55,459 bases of DNA from Octopus sinensis (GCF_006345805.1 NW_021833732.1:1-55459), one strand, 5' to 3'. Positions 11,408-25,683 are shown, numbered from the stretch's first letter. Notes: generated by a model from the sequence alone, not told the origin. Numbers and translations: made by a program.

Positions 11408-12024
11408 TGTATATATATATATGTATATATGTGTATGTATATATGTGTGCGTTTATGTATATATATATATATACGCCTATACATGTGTTGGAGAGAAAAA
11501 CAAAAAGTAAAATCACATATGCGACCACTAGTACCACCATCACAACAACAACAACAACAACAACAACAACACAACAACAACAACAACAACAACCACAAAC
11601 ATCTTAAATTGATATAATCTACAGACATTCCTCTTAATCCTCGCTACAGAAAAATGCAAGTTGATGTATTCCTCGTTCTTCGTTTCTATTGGCTAATTAA
11701 ATTCAGCGCGAGCCAAAGTCACCTGAGTCTCTTATACATTTTTATTTCCTCCATTGTTCTTCCAATAAGAAGCTACATGTGTCTGCCTAGCAGAAAAAAT
11801 ATGGAACCTGCCATTTACAGAGCAGTTTTGCCTGAATTGCTAACATGGTACTCTATATCGATTTTGCCAGCATTCTTTCGTCTGCTTTTTTTCTTTTTTT
11901 TTGTTTGTTTGTTTTTTTTTATATATATCTCCGACTTCTGATTTCTTTCTTTACAACCATGGAATGGTGTTTCTTTTGGTGAATATTCTTATTTCTGTGG
12001 GGGAGTTCACATTATATTTTCCCA

Positions 12025-12056
<32 letters not shown>

Positions 12057-12076
12057 ATTATTATTATTATTATTTT

Positions 12077-12111
<35 letters not shown>

Positions 12112-12139
12112 CATTATTATTATTATTATTATTATTATT

Positions 12140-12226
12140 GAGTGAGAGAGCAGTGCATGCCATCAAAGTGACACTGGGGTAAAATATACGAAGCCCAATA
12201 TACCCATCATGACTACCCGTCTGATA

Positions 12227-12229
<3 letters not shown>
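12140..12229 (-). mobile_element. Unit D, 3'-terminal ~90 bp, inside a (TAA)n tract
   Basis: Matches the 3' end of 40441-40988 in reverse; flanked by (TTA)n on both sides. Confidence 0.8.
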
Positions 12230-12300
<71 letters not shown>

Positions 12301-12633
12301 CTCTTCTTCCTTTTTCTCCTTTTCTTCTTCTTCTTGTTGTTCTTCTTCTTCTCCTCCTCCTCCTCTCCTCCTTTCCTCCTCCACTCCCACTCGCCCTTCC
12401 ATTATCCCTTTCCTCCTTTTCCTCTCCATACTCTCTCTCTCTCTCTCTCTGCCCCCCCCCTTCCTCACAGATACAGTTGCCTGTTATCTTTTATAGTCCG
12501 CCATGTCTTCAGATTAAATCTTTATACAAATATTTGTTTACTTCGTGTTTGAAAAAAATAAATAAATAGTAAATAGCAGGTTGCCAGTTACTTTGAAACT
12601 GTGTGTGTGTGTGTGTGTGTGTACATATATATT

Positions 12634-12700
<67 letters not shown>

Positions 12701-13227
12701 ACACATTTATTTGCGCGCGTGTACATGTAAATACATATACACATATATGCATATATGCATATGTATATGCACACACATGTATATTACATACATGTGTTCA
12801 TGCATGTATATCTGTATGCATGTACATATGTATGTATCCATGCATGAGGGTGGGTGTGTCATTTTATTGATGTATTCCCATCTATTATTCAAGATGGACG
12901 CTATTTCGTAAACAATTAATGGACGATGATAATAAACTATTAAACAATTTAATAATACTCCACTAATTAGGAAGCGATGATAACATAATCAAACAAACGA
13001 CTAATTAATTTGCATTTCTTTATTTTTCTCTTTTTCTGTCCATTCCATATAATTATAATAAGATGCCTCTTCTTACTGGTTGTGAAACAATGAAGAGAAG
13101 TTTGATTTATAAAACACAGAGTAAGGAATGGACAAACATCGTCCATGACTTCTGTATGACTTGCCAGTGTGGTGAAGTGGAGTTGTAATGTTTAAACCGG
13201 TGTTAGTCCTATTCTGGCAAGCATTTA

Positions 13228-13583
13228 CTCTCTCTTTTACTCTTTTACTTGTTTCAGTCATTTGATTGTGGCCATGCTGGAGCACCGCCTTTAGTCGAGC
13301 AAATCGACCACAGGACTTATTCATTGTAAGCCTAGTACTTATTCTATTGGCGTCCTTTTACCGAACCGCTAAGTGACGGGGATGTAAACACACCAGCATC
13401 GGTTGTCAAGCGATGCTGGGAGGACAAGCACAGACAAACATATACAGACACATACATATATATATCCTTGGACGGCCCGAGGCTATAGTAGAAGACACTT
13501 GCCCAATGTGCCACGCAATGGGACTGAACCCGGAACCATGTAGTTGGTAAGCAAGCTACTTACCACACAGCCACTCCTACACC
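13228..13583 (-). mobile_element. SINE family B with internal deletion
   Basis: Head and tail intact; the GAAGCCC/GGATTTGG block is missing. Confidence 0.88.
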
Positions 13584-13744
13584 TTTGAGGTAAAATTTTT
13601 CAAGTTGCATCCATTTCCTCAAGAATTGAGACATAAAATATATTAAACTATATGTCTTGTTGCTATCTTCGATTTTAAATAAATAGGATGTTATTTGAAA
13701 GAGGTTTTGCTACAAGTTCTAACAACTTGAGTAACCCTGTAAAG

Positions 13745-14040
13745 GTTGTGTCGTCTGCTTCTGGATGGTGCAGTTGATGATGTATAGTTTTAACTTCTAT
13801 AGTTCAACATCCGTCATAAATATGTAAGTAGGGGAAATGACTTTCAGAGGGAGATATTGAATAGGAAGGATTGGTTGGAGTTTCATACGTGAGCGGATGA
13901 GGGTTCAGGCATATTAGAGAGGAAAACAAATATATTTTATCGAAGAATTTGAATGGAATTTGTATCCAGATGGAAAATCAATTGAGTAGAATTTGTTATA
14001 GGAGCGGGTGATGATGAACAAGATATCCTTGTGGATTATT
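13745..14040 (-). pseudogene. Degenerate LINE RT core remnant
   Basis: Broken-frame KVISP/TYIFMTD and EADDTT resemble the RT motifs S.LSP.LF..Y..D and YADDT. Confidence 0.3.
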
Positions 14041-15044
14041 TCACCTACCCTAGAAAGACTAAAGAATACATCGCTCCTAGCAAGACTTGAACTCAGATAA
14101 TTGGCGAATGTATGGCCATGTGGTTAAGAACTGATGTTGCACGACATGGTTTCGGTTTCACGTCTACTACACTGTACCATGGACATTTGTCTCCTATTGT
14201 AGCCGAAAATCAAACAAAACGTTGTGAGTAGACTTTTGTAGACGTAAACGTAAATTCATCAGTAATAACTATTACTATCATTAGAGTGGTCGACATAATA
14301 CATCTACCTGTGTAATATCACTACCTGGTCGTTGGGTATCATTGGGTGTCCCTGGTTAGGACTAAAACATATGGTCTTTCAATGTCTTTAGTGGAATCCC
14401 CTCTTCGATCAACAATGAAGCCAGAAGCCCAATCTGAGAATAACCTCATCTCATCTCTTTCTTTTCACCGGTCGAAGATGTCCTGAAAATTATCATCGAT
14501 TTCTCCAATGACAAAACCATAAAATATTATTTTTAAAATTACTGTTGATATTCAATAATAATGATCCAACAGTTCAGATAATGCTTACATTAATAATATC
14601 AGTAAACGTAGCTCTTTCGTAGGGACACTAGAGATCTGTATTGAGGCTTTGCGCAAAAGTTCTGGTTAACTTTGCCGTTTATTATCAAAGATGTATTTCT
14701 TAACGATGTGTATCTATAGCAAACTGAGTAATAAATAAGAGATTAAAACCCGTTGAATGCAAGAAAGGATGAATCTCTCTGCAAAACACGAACCATGCAT
14801 CTTCTTTACTCTTGAAAGAGGAAGAAGCAAGTGCGTGTGTGTGTGTGTTTATGTGTGTGTTTGTGCATGTTTATATATATGTAAATGTAAATATATGTGT
14901 GTGTAAATATATGTACGTATATATATATATATGTATGTGTGTATGAGTGTGTATTAATATATGTATATACGAGGATAGATGGCTAGAGGCAGACAGACAG
15001 ACAGAGATACTGACAGTCAGACAGTCAGGCTACTAGATAGATAG

Positions 15045-15332
<288 letters not shown>

Positions 15333-15529
15333 AGAGCCATTAACCAGGTATTGTAACAAAAGAGAAATCAATATTTTCCTTGTTACAACCGTACTTTTTT
15401 ATAATCTTCAACATCGTTCTTGAGTTGATGTTTGTAGTTTTAAGTTGTCGCTCAACCAACAGGTTTATTGATAATAGTTATTTTATTAATGACTGACAAC
15501 CATAAAAACTCTGCAGCAGATAATAACAA

Positions 15530-15567
15530 CGACAACAATAATGATAATAATAATAATAGTAATAATA

Positions 15568-15631
<64 letters not shown>

Positions 15632-15647
15632 GATGATGATGATGATG

Positions 15648-15698
<51 letters not shown>

Positions 15699-15721
15699 TT
15701 AATAATAATAACAAAATTATT

Positions 15722-15757
<36 letters not shown>

Positions 15758-15791
15758 TTATTTTAATAATAATAATAATAACAAAATTATT

Positions 15792-15845
<54 letters not shown>

Positions 15846-15870
15846 TTGATGATGATGATGATGATGACGA
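15530..15870. repeat. (TAA)n/(GAT)n compound microsatellite
   Basis: Direct inspection; includes the triplicated motif AAAATTATTTTAAT. Confidence 0.95.
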
Positions 15871-16189
15871 CGACGATGAAGTTTCGTCTTGTGGTAGTTT
15901 CTTATTTTAACCAAACTTTTAATCTGACAAGGCTTGTCATGTTAATTTTCTCATCAGGCTTAAAACAACTCCCCGCTAACCTCACACCCCCTCCTCTCTT
16001 CTCGACCTTGCCACATATCACCTCAAACTTCCATCACCTACGACACCACCCAAGACTAATAACACAACCTCCTACACCACCACCACCACCACCACGGCTA
16101 ACGTGATCAACGTCCATTTATAACCGCTTCCATCATCCGACTTACGTAACTTTCTATCTGAACTACTTGGCAGTACCAACTCCAACACC

Positions 16190-16315
16190 GTCATCGTTAT
16201 CATCATCATCGTCATCATCATCATCATCATCATCATCATCGTCATCTTCTTCATCATCATCATCATCATCATCATCGTCGTCATCATCATCATCATCATC
16301 ATCATCGTCATCTTC

Positions 16316-16347
<32 letters not shown>

Positions 16348-16477
16348 AATCATCATCATCATCATCATCATCGTCGTCATCATCATCATCATCATCGTCA
16401 TCATCATCATCATCATCAACATCATCATCATCATCGTCATCTTCATCATCATCATCATCATCATCATCATCGTCATC

Positions 16478-16515
<38 letters not shown>

Positions 16516-16604
16516 GATCGTCATCATCATCATCATCATCGTCGTCATCATCATCATCATCATCGTCATCATCATCATCATCATCGTCGTCATCATCATC
16601 ATCG

Positions 16605-16636
<32 letters not shown>

Positions 16637-16681
16637 GTTATCATCGTCATCATCAACATTATCCTTACCATCATCATCGCC

Positions 16682-16712
<31 letters not shown>

Positions 16713-16778
16713 TCGTCGTCATCATCATCATCATCATCGTCATCATCATCATCATCGTCGTCTTCATCATCATCATCG

Positions 16779-16834
<56 letters not shown>

Positions 16835-16948
16835 GTTATCATCGTCATCATCATCCTTACCATCATCATCGCCATCATCGCCATCATCATCATCATCATT
16901 ATCATCATCATCGTTATCATCGTCATCATCAACATCATCCTTACCATC

Positions 16949-16996
<48 letters not shown>

Positions 16997-17031
16997 GTCG
17001 TTGTCGTTGTCGTCATCGTCATCATCATTAT
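16190..17031. repeat. ~840-bp interrupted (ATC)n array
   Basis: ATC units interspersed with GTC/GCC/TTC/ACC variants; a variant block is repeated three times. Confidence 0.95.
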
Positions 17032-17225
17032 TGCAAAATTTTACAAGTAAACAATATTTTGTGGTCTTCTAGTTCTCATATTTCTAAAATAACGGTTTCT
17101 GGCGGTAATGATGAATAGCCACCAGCACCGATGACTAAATGGTTAGGGCAGATACGTAGGCAGATAGGCAGACCGATAGACAGACTGACGGACGAACGGA
17201 CGGACAGACAGACAGGCGGTCAGAC

Positions 17226-17395
17226 AAATATTCTGCTCAATACCACAGATTTGCTTTTAAAATCTGACCTTAACTACTTGAGCATGTCCGTTAGTGACTA
17301 ATAATACGTGTATCACTGATCATGATCAGGAGTAGTGGGGGGGGGAGTATCATAGCCATGTTTTGAGGAGGATTCTTTGGAGTTTCAATAAATGT
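17226..17395 (+). mobile_element. Unit D, diverged internal fragment
   Basis: AAATATTCTGCTCAATACCACAGATTTGCT...CATAGCCATG matches 40548-40700. Confidence 0.7.
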
Positions 17396-18539
17396 AATAA
17401 CAGCAAAGTTTGAACGAACTGTTAACCATCTTTCATACTTTCTTGGGGTAAACAATTTGGAAATTACAGTCGCTACCCAAGGACAAAATTCGTGATACAT
17501 AGTGCAAACGATAGATTGTCACTTATGCATATCCGCAAAGTTTTTTGATGCTTCTAACATTATAGACGAATGACCAGGAAAAGCCATCACAGTAGCGACA
17601 AGTTTCTCTCTACACCATTGTAACACAGTATAATAACAGGTCTCTCCCTTAATTACTCTCTCATTTCTCTCTCACATAACAGATGAAAGGAATCGTAACG
17701 TTGCGTTCGAGCTGGTGGCCCTCTACACACAGAAAACTTTGCTGTTAGCGATACACTTACAGTATTATGCGAAGAAAATGCTTTTATACACAAGATAAAC
17801 CTACCCTCGTAAACACACACTATAAGGAAAACGTGTTCACAAACACTGATCTCTTCTTACAAGCACACACACTTTCATAGAAGCGATTTTCTCTCACACA
17901 GACACAATCACGTCCAATTATTGTTAAAGAAATTTCTTCACAGACCGTTTTCGGTAAATATATTTGAACTCTGGCAACATTTGAAAATGGCATCCATATT
18001 AAATCTTCCATATTCTGAAGATGAATCGTATTTCACTTCACACAGTTTTCTCCTTTTATTGTTGTTGTTGTCGTCGTCATTGTCGTCGTCGTCGTCGTTG
18101 TTGTTGTTGTTTTCTTTTATCAAGAATTATTTTTACCAAGCGTTTTCTTTGCACATTGACTTGCTCAAACATGAAGAATTCCATCAGCATTCGCAAACGT
18201 ATGGTAAACTTTATGCCGCTTCAGGTAAACTTTAACTTGAAGCGGCAAATCAATATTTAGAATATTCCAAGTTGAAATTTGGTACCAAATTTGTATTTCC
18301 AAATCAGTTGTGGTAGAATTAGTGTTTGCATTATTTTATCTACAAGATAGAACTACCGTTTGCCTTATTTTATCTACGAAATCTGTTTTCTATTATATCG
18401 AAGGAAAATGCAGGAAAATTATATACCACAACTATTTGTTTATATACACCAACTAACCTTCTAATTTCCTTTCAGGTGAAACAAAGGGAACTGCATAGTT
18501 ATTCTTTCGGATATTTTTCCTGGAATTATTAGTTTCCTC

Positions 18540-19150
18540 GTTATTCGCATCAAGGAATCTTTCCATATCTTCAAAATAAGGTTGCAGAGGTGGAATTCCC
18601 ACTTAGCCATTACAGCCTCTGTTTAGAAGTTTATTCCTGAATTTCAAAACATCACATCGAAAACAGCAACTGTCCATTTCTCTGACGCTTTATAATTCAA
18701 TTTCCATTTCTTCATTCTGATGTCATATCAAAGAGGCACCAAATCATCCCTGACAATATTCTCTTCCCTCACAATTTCTCAATTAAAACAACTGTTATTT
18801 TCTCGCCGTTCCATTCAATTCCATTCTACAACCATTTCTCACATTCTGACCATTGTTCTTCTATCAAGTTATTTCATCGCACTTCGTTCCCCACCCACCC
18901 CCTTCAGTCTTCTCCCTTATAATTAAGCTGTTCATCGTCCATGTTTTCTTTCTCCATATTTGCTGGTTTTTCCTTTCAATATCATAGATATCCTGTCTTT
19001 TCCAGCTCAATCATGTTGGCTCCCGTGATCCGTTCGTGTATCTTCCACATTCTCTTACTTCCTGCCTTCTAGTTCTTCGCTTGTTTTGTTTTGTTATATT
19101 TCTGTGATCCGTCAAGTTTTTGATTTCGTTCCATGGTGAAAGCTGTTTTA
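18540..19150 (-). pseudogene. Possible APE-endonuclease remnant of a LINE
   Basis: Broken-frame ELEKTG, NYKGED.RG.VG, EKITVVL and NG..L pieces loosely follow RTE APE motif order; many stops. Confidence 0.25.
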
Positions 19151-20825
19151 ATATAAAGCGAGAATATAATTCGTAACGAAACAGTGTGTAGAAATTAATG
19201 TAAGAGTGTTTTCTATTTTGTCATAAGTGAAGCAAAAGTTCTAATGTTGACCTAATCAATGAAATTCCGATGGAAAAGATCAATGATGATAGTGAAATAA
19301 TGAACAATAGAGAGATGGCTAGAGGTATAATATTCAGTTTGGGAATATGTCCAATCATTGTGAAGTTGTGCTTAAAGAACGCGTAGATGAGACATTAATA
19401 CACACCACACGCAATTCGATTCGCATGTAATCGGGATTCTGTGGCGTTTATGCCTTTCTTAATAATAGATTGAAACAATTAGTCTCATTTAGATCAATTT
19501 ACTTCTGTTATTTAAAAACATTATCTTCTACTTTTCAACCACAAAAACATTCATGTATATAAATATATTTTTTTTTTAAAGAAAGCACACACCTCTGTTT
19601 TCATATCAAGCGGCTATTTCTTTCAAGTGTAATATAACAAACGCCACAATAAAATTGATAATAGGGTAGGTGTGAACTCTCTGAGCCTTGGTTGGCAATC
19701 AACCTAGTGATAGTGTCACGATAAAACTGCTGGTGATTGTACAACCTTATGAATGCTATCGCAAAATGAGTGATGTCAAATTCAAATAAAAATCATAATT
19801 GCCGTAGCAGAACCGGAAGTGTTATGAAGGAAGGTGTGGTGCACGGCAAGCAAGGAGTGTTTGATCAAAATCTCCATCAGATTGTCATCAAGCCTTTGAT
19901 CAGGACCAGAATCAAGATCAAAAGTGCAAAAATGAAATGGGAAAAAGGGGTAAACAAGCTTGTGATTGAAAAGTGAGCCACATAAAAGATATTTCATCAT
20001 ATGAATGAAGAGAATATGGGATGAAAAAAGAATTTTTGAAGCTTCCAGCCAACGATTGATAGATCAGGCAAGGGCGGCAATTTGCATAAAGGATTGAATT
20101 TCAGGATTAGAAGTTGAAGAAATTAAAAGAAGAATGAAAAATGAGCAGGATGGGTGTGAAACAACAGTGGCAGAAAGAGATAGGGATAAAGAAAATGAAA
20201 AATTAAAAAACTCATTATGTGCCTGAGGTTGTTGCTGAAGTAAATAGTGAAGATGATCAAGTTGGACAAGTGACTGTAAATGTTTCACAAGAGTTGAACG
20301 ATGAAGAGAAGAGGATTCTTGAAAAGCTGTGAGGTAAAAATGTGTGGTGTGAACAATGAAGTGTCACCGAATGTAAGGCATATGGACAGAGGAAAAGTAA
20401 GGCGAGCTACAGGCAAAGTAAATGGAATTCTGAGTTTAGTTAAAATAGAGAACATTAGTGAAAGAAATCAGGAAATCATAACTGCTGCTAATGTTGTGGC
20501 TGAGATAATAGGATAGAAGCAGAAAACTGTTGAAGAAAAGACGGAAAATGAAAAGGAAGACCCAGATGGGAAAGAAATAATGCGAATGAAGCTAGAAAAG
20601 ATACGGAAAGAATTGGGGCAACTGAATAGGATAATGAGAAGAGAACTCAAGAATGAGATAGGAATCAGAAAATTGAATGAACAATATAGTTTAGAAGAAA
20701 GGAGTAAGCAAATAAGACGTGACGGCGTTAAAAGCCAAATTGAAATGATATGGTGCGAGATGCAAAGATATTGAACATAATATTTTGTTTCAATCAAATA
20801 GAAAGTGTCTTTTAAAGGATATAAT

Positions 20826-21230
20826 GGGGTGGCTGTGTGGTAAGTAGCTTGTTTACCAACCACATGGTTCTGGGTTCAGTCCCACTGCGTGGTACCTTGG
20901 GCAAGTGTCTTCTACTATAGCCTCGGGCCGACCAATGCCTTGTGAGTGGATTTGGTAGACGGAAACTGAAAGAAGCCCGTCGTATATATGTATATATATA
21001 TATATGCGTGTGTGTGTTTGTGTGTCTGTGTTTGTCCCCCTAGCATTGCTTGACAACCGATGCTGGTGTGTTTATGTCCCCGTCACTTAGCGGTTCGGCA
21101 AAAGAGACCGATAGAATAAGTACTGGGCTTACAAAAGAATAAGTCCCGGGGTCGAGTTGCTCGATTAAAGGCGGTGCTCCAGCATGGCCGCAGTCAAATG
21201 ACTGAAACAAGTAAAAGAATAAAAGAGTAA
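20826..21230 (+). mobile_element. SINE family B nested in the Dong-like element
   Basis: Full head and tail; Dong coding remnants on both sides. Confidence 0.92.
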
Positions 21231-21684
21231 ACAACATTAGGAAGTGATTCTTGATGCGAAAGTAAGTAAAACGTTTGGGGAGAACTTTGAAAGAGTCCAG
21301 TGAGACATAAAGAAAGTGCAGAGTGGCCTACATAGGTGGAGAACAACTTGCAAATGTAACAAGACAAAAAGGGTGTCAGAAATGATCTGCATTCAGTGAG
21401 ACTGAAGTTTAAAAAGCATCAAATTAGAAAGGCCCTGGGCCAGATGAAGTACAAGGTTAATGGCTGAAGAATTTTACAGAGAAAGGATTGCAGCATACCT
21501 GGATGAATGCCTGCAGCAGGGACATATCCCTTCCTGGATGACAAGTGGACGAATGTTGGTATGTCCCAAGGACCTATTGAATGGTAGATTGATATCAAAT
21601 TTTCGACCTATAACTTGTTTACCACTTATGTGGGAGCCCATGTCCGGTGTTTTGGCAAAAATTATATAATCCTTTGGAAAGTAA

Positions 21685-21896
21685 CATCATCATCATCATC
21701 ATCATCATTGTTCCACCGTGGTCGAGACAATGGAATTTACCATGCTACGCCAGACTTCACGGTCCATCATAGCATTATGGAGGTCCTGTTGCTGGATGCC
21801 TGTATCCCTGGAGATTACATCAGGGTAGGAGAGTGTGCGCCCTGTGGTATTGCGAGTAGATGGCTTCCAGAGGAGAAGAGTAGAAATTGCCTCGAA
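21685..21896 (-). mobile_element. RTE-clade LINE 3' end with (GAT)n tail, nested in the Dong RT
   Basis: EAISTLLLWKPSTRNTTGRTLSYPDVISRDTGIQQQDLHNAMMDREVWRSMVNSIVSTTVEQ* plus GAT repeats; removing it restores the host frame ESN-LLL-VEQK. Confidence 0.8.
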
Positions 21897-22570
21897 TCTA
21901 CTTCTAGTAGAACAGAAAGCATGCAGGAAGTAAAATAGTGTGACTAAAGACCGGTTATTAGTTGATAAAAATATTAGAAATTGTAGACGCAGACTGATTG
22001 AATGTAGTTTGGTTGGATTAAACAAAAGTATTCGGTATATTACCGTACAGTTAAGTAAAACAATGAAAATGTTTGGAGTGGCATGAAATAGGGAGAAAAT
22101 GGTTAATTAAAGTATGAAACACTGAAATACTGAACTGATTGGAGGAAAACAAAGATTTGAAAAAGTGGTGTATATCAAGTTGATAGCTTATCTCCATTAA
22201 TATTTTTATTGGCCATGATACCGCTCAGTTTGATGTTACGAGAATTTAAAGTAGCTTATGATTTGAATATGGTTAGAGGAACTCTCCTTTTTATGGATAA
22301 TATAAATTTTTGTACGATAAACGAGAGGCAGCTTGCTAGTTTTGTACATGCTGTTCGCATTTTCTCAAATGATGTAGGTATGGAATTTGGGAGTGAAAAG
22401 TGTGCTATATTGAAAATGAAACGAGAAATATTTGAAGGAAGCCAGGGAATAGAAATATCAAATGGGCAAACAAGGAAAGCAGATAAGAAAGGACCGTGGT
22501 ATGGGTATTCGGGGATCCTGGAGGCAGATGAAATAAGACATAAAGAGATAAAACAAATTACAAGTAGAGA

Positions 22571-22865
22571 GCGTACAATTTTTATGCATGATCAATGGAG
22601 AACTCACAGAACAGAGATTATATGATCAGGCTAGAGCAATAAGAAAAGACTGTTGGTTCACGAAAGTAGAGCTCGAAGCTATCAAAAGACGGGTATTGGA
22701 AAACAGCAGCAGAGGAAACGATGAAAATACAGTTCCTTCTGATGTAAGTAATTTCATTGCAGAAAACAGAGTTGAAATCTCTAATAAACCACAGGAAAGG
22801 AACAGTGATAGCTTGCTCGATAATGATATAGATGAGGCCCTCCTGAGACAGGAAGACCTCTAGGG
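22571..22865 (+). mobile_element. Second R4/Dong-like N-terminal fragment
   Basis: LTEQRLYDQARAIRKDCWFTKVELEAIKRRV repeats the motif already seen at ~20050. Confidence 0.7.
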
Positions 22866-22872
22866 ATAATTG

Positions 22873-23150
22873 AGGAACCCCACTGTCCGAGATTTCCGTG
22901 AATCCCCAGGAGCAACTGCCCTCTCTAATTCCTTCTCTCCGACTCCCTGGTCTATACTCTTGCCATTTTCACAAATTTCAGTCACTTGTTAATAAACTCA
23001 CTCGATGACAGCACTTCGCTCTCCACTCTCAATTTCCTTTCCAAGTGAAACTTGAAAAAGTCAGTGAGCGACCTACCAAATAAGAATGTACCTGTCCTCA
23101 TGCCTTATATCATATTCTTCATCAGCGACAGAGGGATGTATTCGGAAATC
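22873..23150 (-). mobile_element. Tx1/L1-like LINE C-terminus and start of 3' UTR
   Basis: SLTDFFKFHLERKLRVESEVLSSSEFINK*LKFVKMARV resembles Tx1-clade ORF2 ends. Confidence 0.5.
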
Positions 23151-24860
23151 AGCAGACGAGATCAATTCAGTTGTTATAGAGCAAAGGTGCGTCGAGTGGA
23201 GATTTTGGATTGGAATTTATTGTATGAAAATGAGAAGAGGGACATTTTAACGACATAAACCTATCGGAAGAAGGGAATTAGAACCCGATAACAATTGATA
23301 TATGAATCTATGAATACTGGAAGTTGTTGATGCTAAGGATAAGGAAAGGAAACAAAAGTAGAAACAATAAATTTAAAGAATTTAATGTTTTTATTGAAGA
23401 CACGACAACAATAAAACTTACAGTAACTTATTTCAATAACAAATTTCGAAGTTAATTAACACTGGTCTCGTGTTAATTGACCATTCAAATTGTTATTAGG
23501 GTAAAGAATGACGAATGAATTTCGACTTTGAAAAAAGGAGGAATCAGCCAAACTTTATTGTGATCTTCCTCTAAACATAAAACAAAAATATAAAAAGTGT
23601 GTTTATTATATAAAGAGATTATTTGTTGTAAAAATCTATCTTAAACCGAAGTCTTCAGGCATCTTGGAGTAAATTTCCTCTTTCTATTTACTAAATCATA
23701 TCGTTAGAGTCAAACGAATGGTATTCAGTCATTAAAGAAATAGAGAACAAACAACACAACAAAGAATTTACAAAACCAATTCTATCGCCTTGCAGTGTAC
23801 AGGTGATTGTAATTAGAGGAGCGGCATCATAAAAGACAAATGGCGGGTGATTATAGTCGAGCGATAATTCGCTTCACACATTCGAAGGTGTTGCGACAGC
23901 CGAAACTTTGACCAAACTATAAATGATTTAGCGAATTAAGAACATTTTAGCATTCTAAATGTGTAGAATGTTTACTACAAAGACGAGTTCGATTCCAAAC
24001 ATATTCCGTGTCTATCCAGGTTTTGAAACGAACAGCAAATCGCATCAATTGACTAGATTCTTTTCGATGTCACGAATAAAGTTATTTAGCTGCAGTGTAG
24101 CACGGAATGCTGGAAAAATAGTCCCTTAAGGATACGTGTGCATGTGTAGAAGAAGTAAGGATCCGTGGAATAAATAATCAGGAACTGGATAGGAAATATC
24201 TCAGATTCTGCTGCTAATGAAATTGGTTTCGTGTTTAATTAAAACTATAATCCTGATCACGACAAGCTAATTATTAAAAGTTCTTGAAATAGACATCCTT
24301 GGCAAGAATTTAATTTTTAGATTTACATAATACTCACACGTACACACATACATACACATATTTACATATACATAAAGACGCACGCACATATAGACGCATT
24401 GCACTGGGCAAATTACAATTCTTTGTAGAGTGGTATTTTTAGCAAAAGTGCTCAACAAAAGTTCATATAAATCATTAATTATTTGGGGCTACGACTTGAA
24501 TTGATATCGTGAAATAATAAACGGAAAAAAGAAGCAAATGATACACAATATAAAGGAACTTCGAGTAATCTTTAACTCGCAGAAATCTTTTGCATAAATG
24601 CGTGTGTGAATTTGTGCAAGTATATAAACATACATACATACATACATACATACGCTGTTGTTGATGTTGAAATTCCAATGAAGGAGCCTTGGATCTAGGT
24701 TAGAACCGGTTCTTTCTGTACTGGCAAGAAATCTTGAAATAAGACTGAACAATGACATATATACATACATGCATGCATACATACACACACACATACATAT
24801 ATGCATGTATACATATATACATGCATGCATGGAGTCGGATACATACATACATGCATACAT

Positions 24861-25081
24861 GGAATCTTTTGCAAATCTAGAAGCGAACAGAACACGACAG
24901 AGGCGTTAAAGGCATCACTTCACGGATTTCCGGGACTGTTTCGAACAGTGGAAAATGCGTCTGGACCGATGCATTGCTTCAAATGGAGAACATTTTGAAG
25001 GTGATAGAAGTGTAAACATGTAAAACCAAAGGAATGAAATGATATAGCAAAATTCCAGTTTCTTTTGGGTACCGCTTCGTA
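24861..25081 (+). mobile_element. Mariner transposon 3' end
   Basis: DFRDCFEQWKMRLDRCIASNGEHFEGD followed by TIR-like AAATTCCAGTTTCTTTTGGGTACCGCTTCG-TA. Confidence 0.8.
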
Positions 25082-25358
25082 TGTATATATATATATATAT
25101 ATAGTTAAAGAATAAGGCGAGAATGGAGAGGTAATTATTAATGAAATTATCTATTATTAATTATGAAATATGGCAACATCTCTGAAATATTATTTATTAA
25201 TTACCTGTCCATTTTTTCCTTACTCTTTAAATTTATATATATATGAACCACGGTTTATTTGGTTACCTTATAGTTGATCTTTCTTTAGATTGGTAACTAA
25301 CCAGTATTTTCATCGGATTTATGATTCCTTAATGAGTTTTATTACATTTACTTGATAA

Positions 25359-25389
<31 letters not shown>

Positions 25390-25634
25390 GTATATGTATA
25401 TGTATATATATGCATATATATACACACACATATATATATCTTTTATGAAACAGTGTATAAATCATATGAAACTAGCTAGTAAATACTTTAAAATATTCAA
25501 ATGTTGTTCTTTATAGTCTTACGTAAGTTGAGATCCACCGTTTCAAAAATGTATATCAACACAGACACTGATACATCTACGCACACACTCACACGTATGC
25601 ACACACAGACACACACACACCCGCACACACACAT

Positions 25635-25683
<49 letters not shown>

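Larger units (their letters stand above)
19770..22570 (+). mobile_element. R4/Dong-like RLE non-LTR retrotransposon (N-terminus to RT), degenerate, with nested insertions
   Basis: KWEKGVNKLVI, QRLIDQAR, AANVVAEIIG, RIAAYLDECLQQGHIPSWMTSGR..NFRPITCLPLMW, VEQKACR, DSLSPLIF.LAMIPLS, LLFMDN, FSNDVGMEFGSEKCA, GILEADEIRH: diagnostic R4-clade ORF order. Confidence 0.85.

Noticed and set aside
14380-14700. Possible LINE RT N-terminal remnant (EDVLKII...NDKT)
   Set aside because: Too few motif residues to distinguish from chance.
16072-17028. 318-aa poly-Met ORF as a protein-coding gene
   Set aside because: Fully explained by the (GAT)n array; kept only as a repeat-structure finding.
17682-17810. 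Strong plus-strand acceptor followed by DERNRNVAFELVALYTQKTLL...
   Set aside because: No convincing donor before the stop, and an equally plausible minus-strand reading exists.
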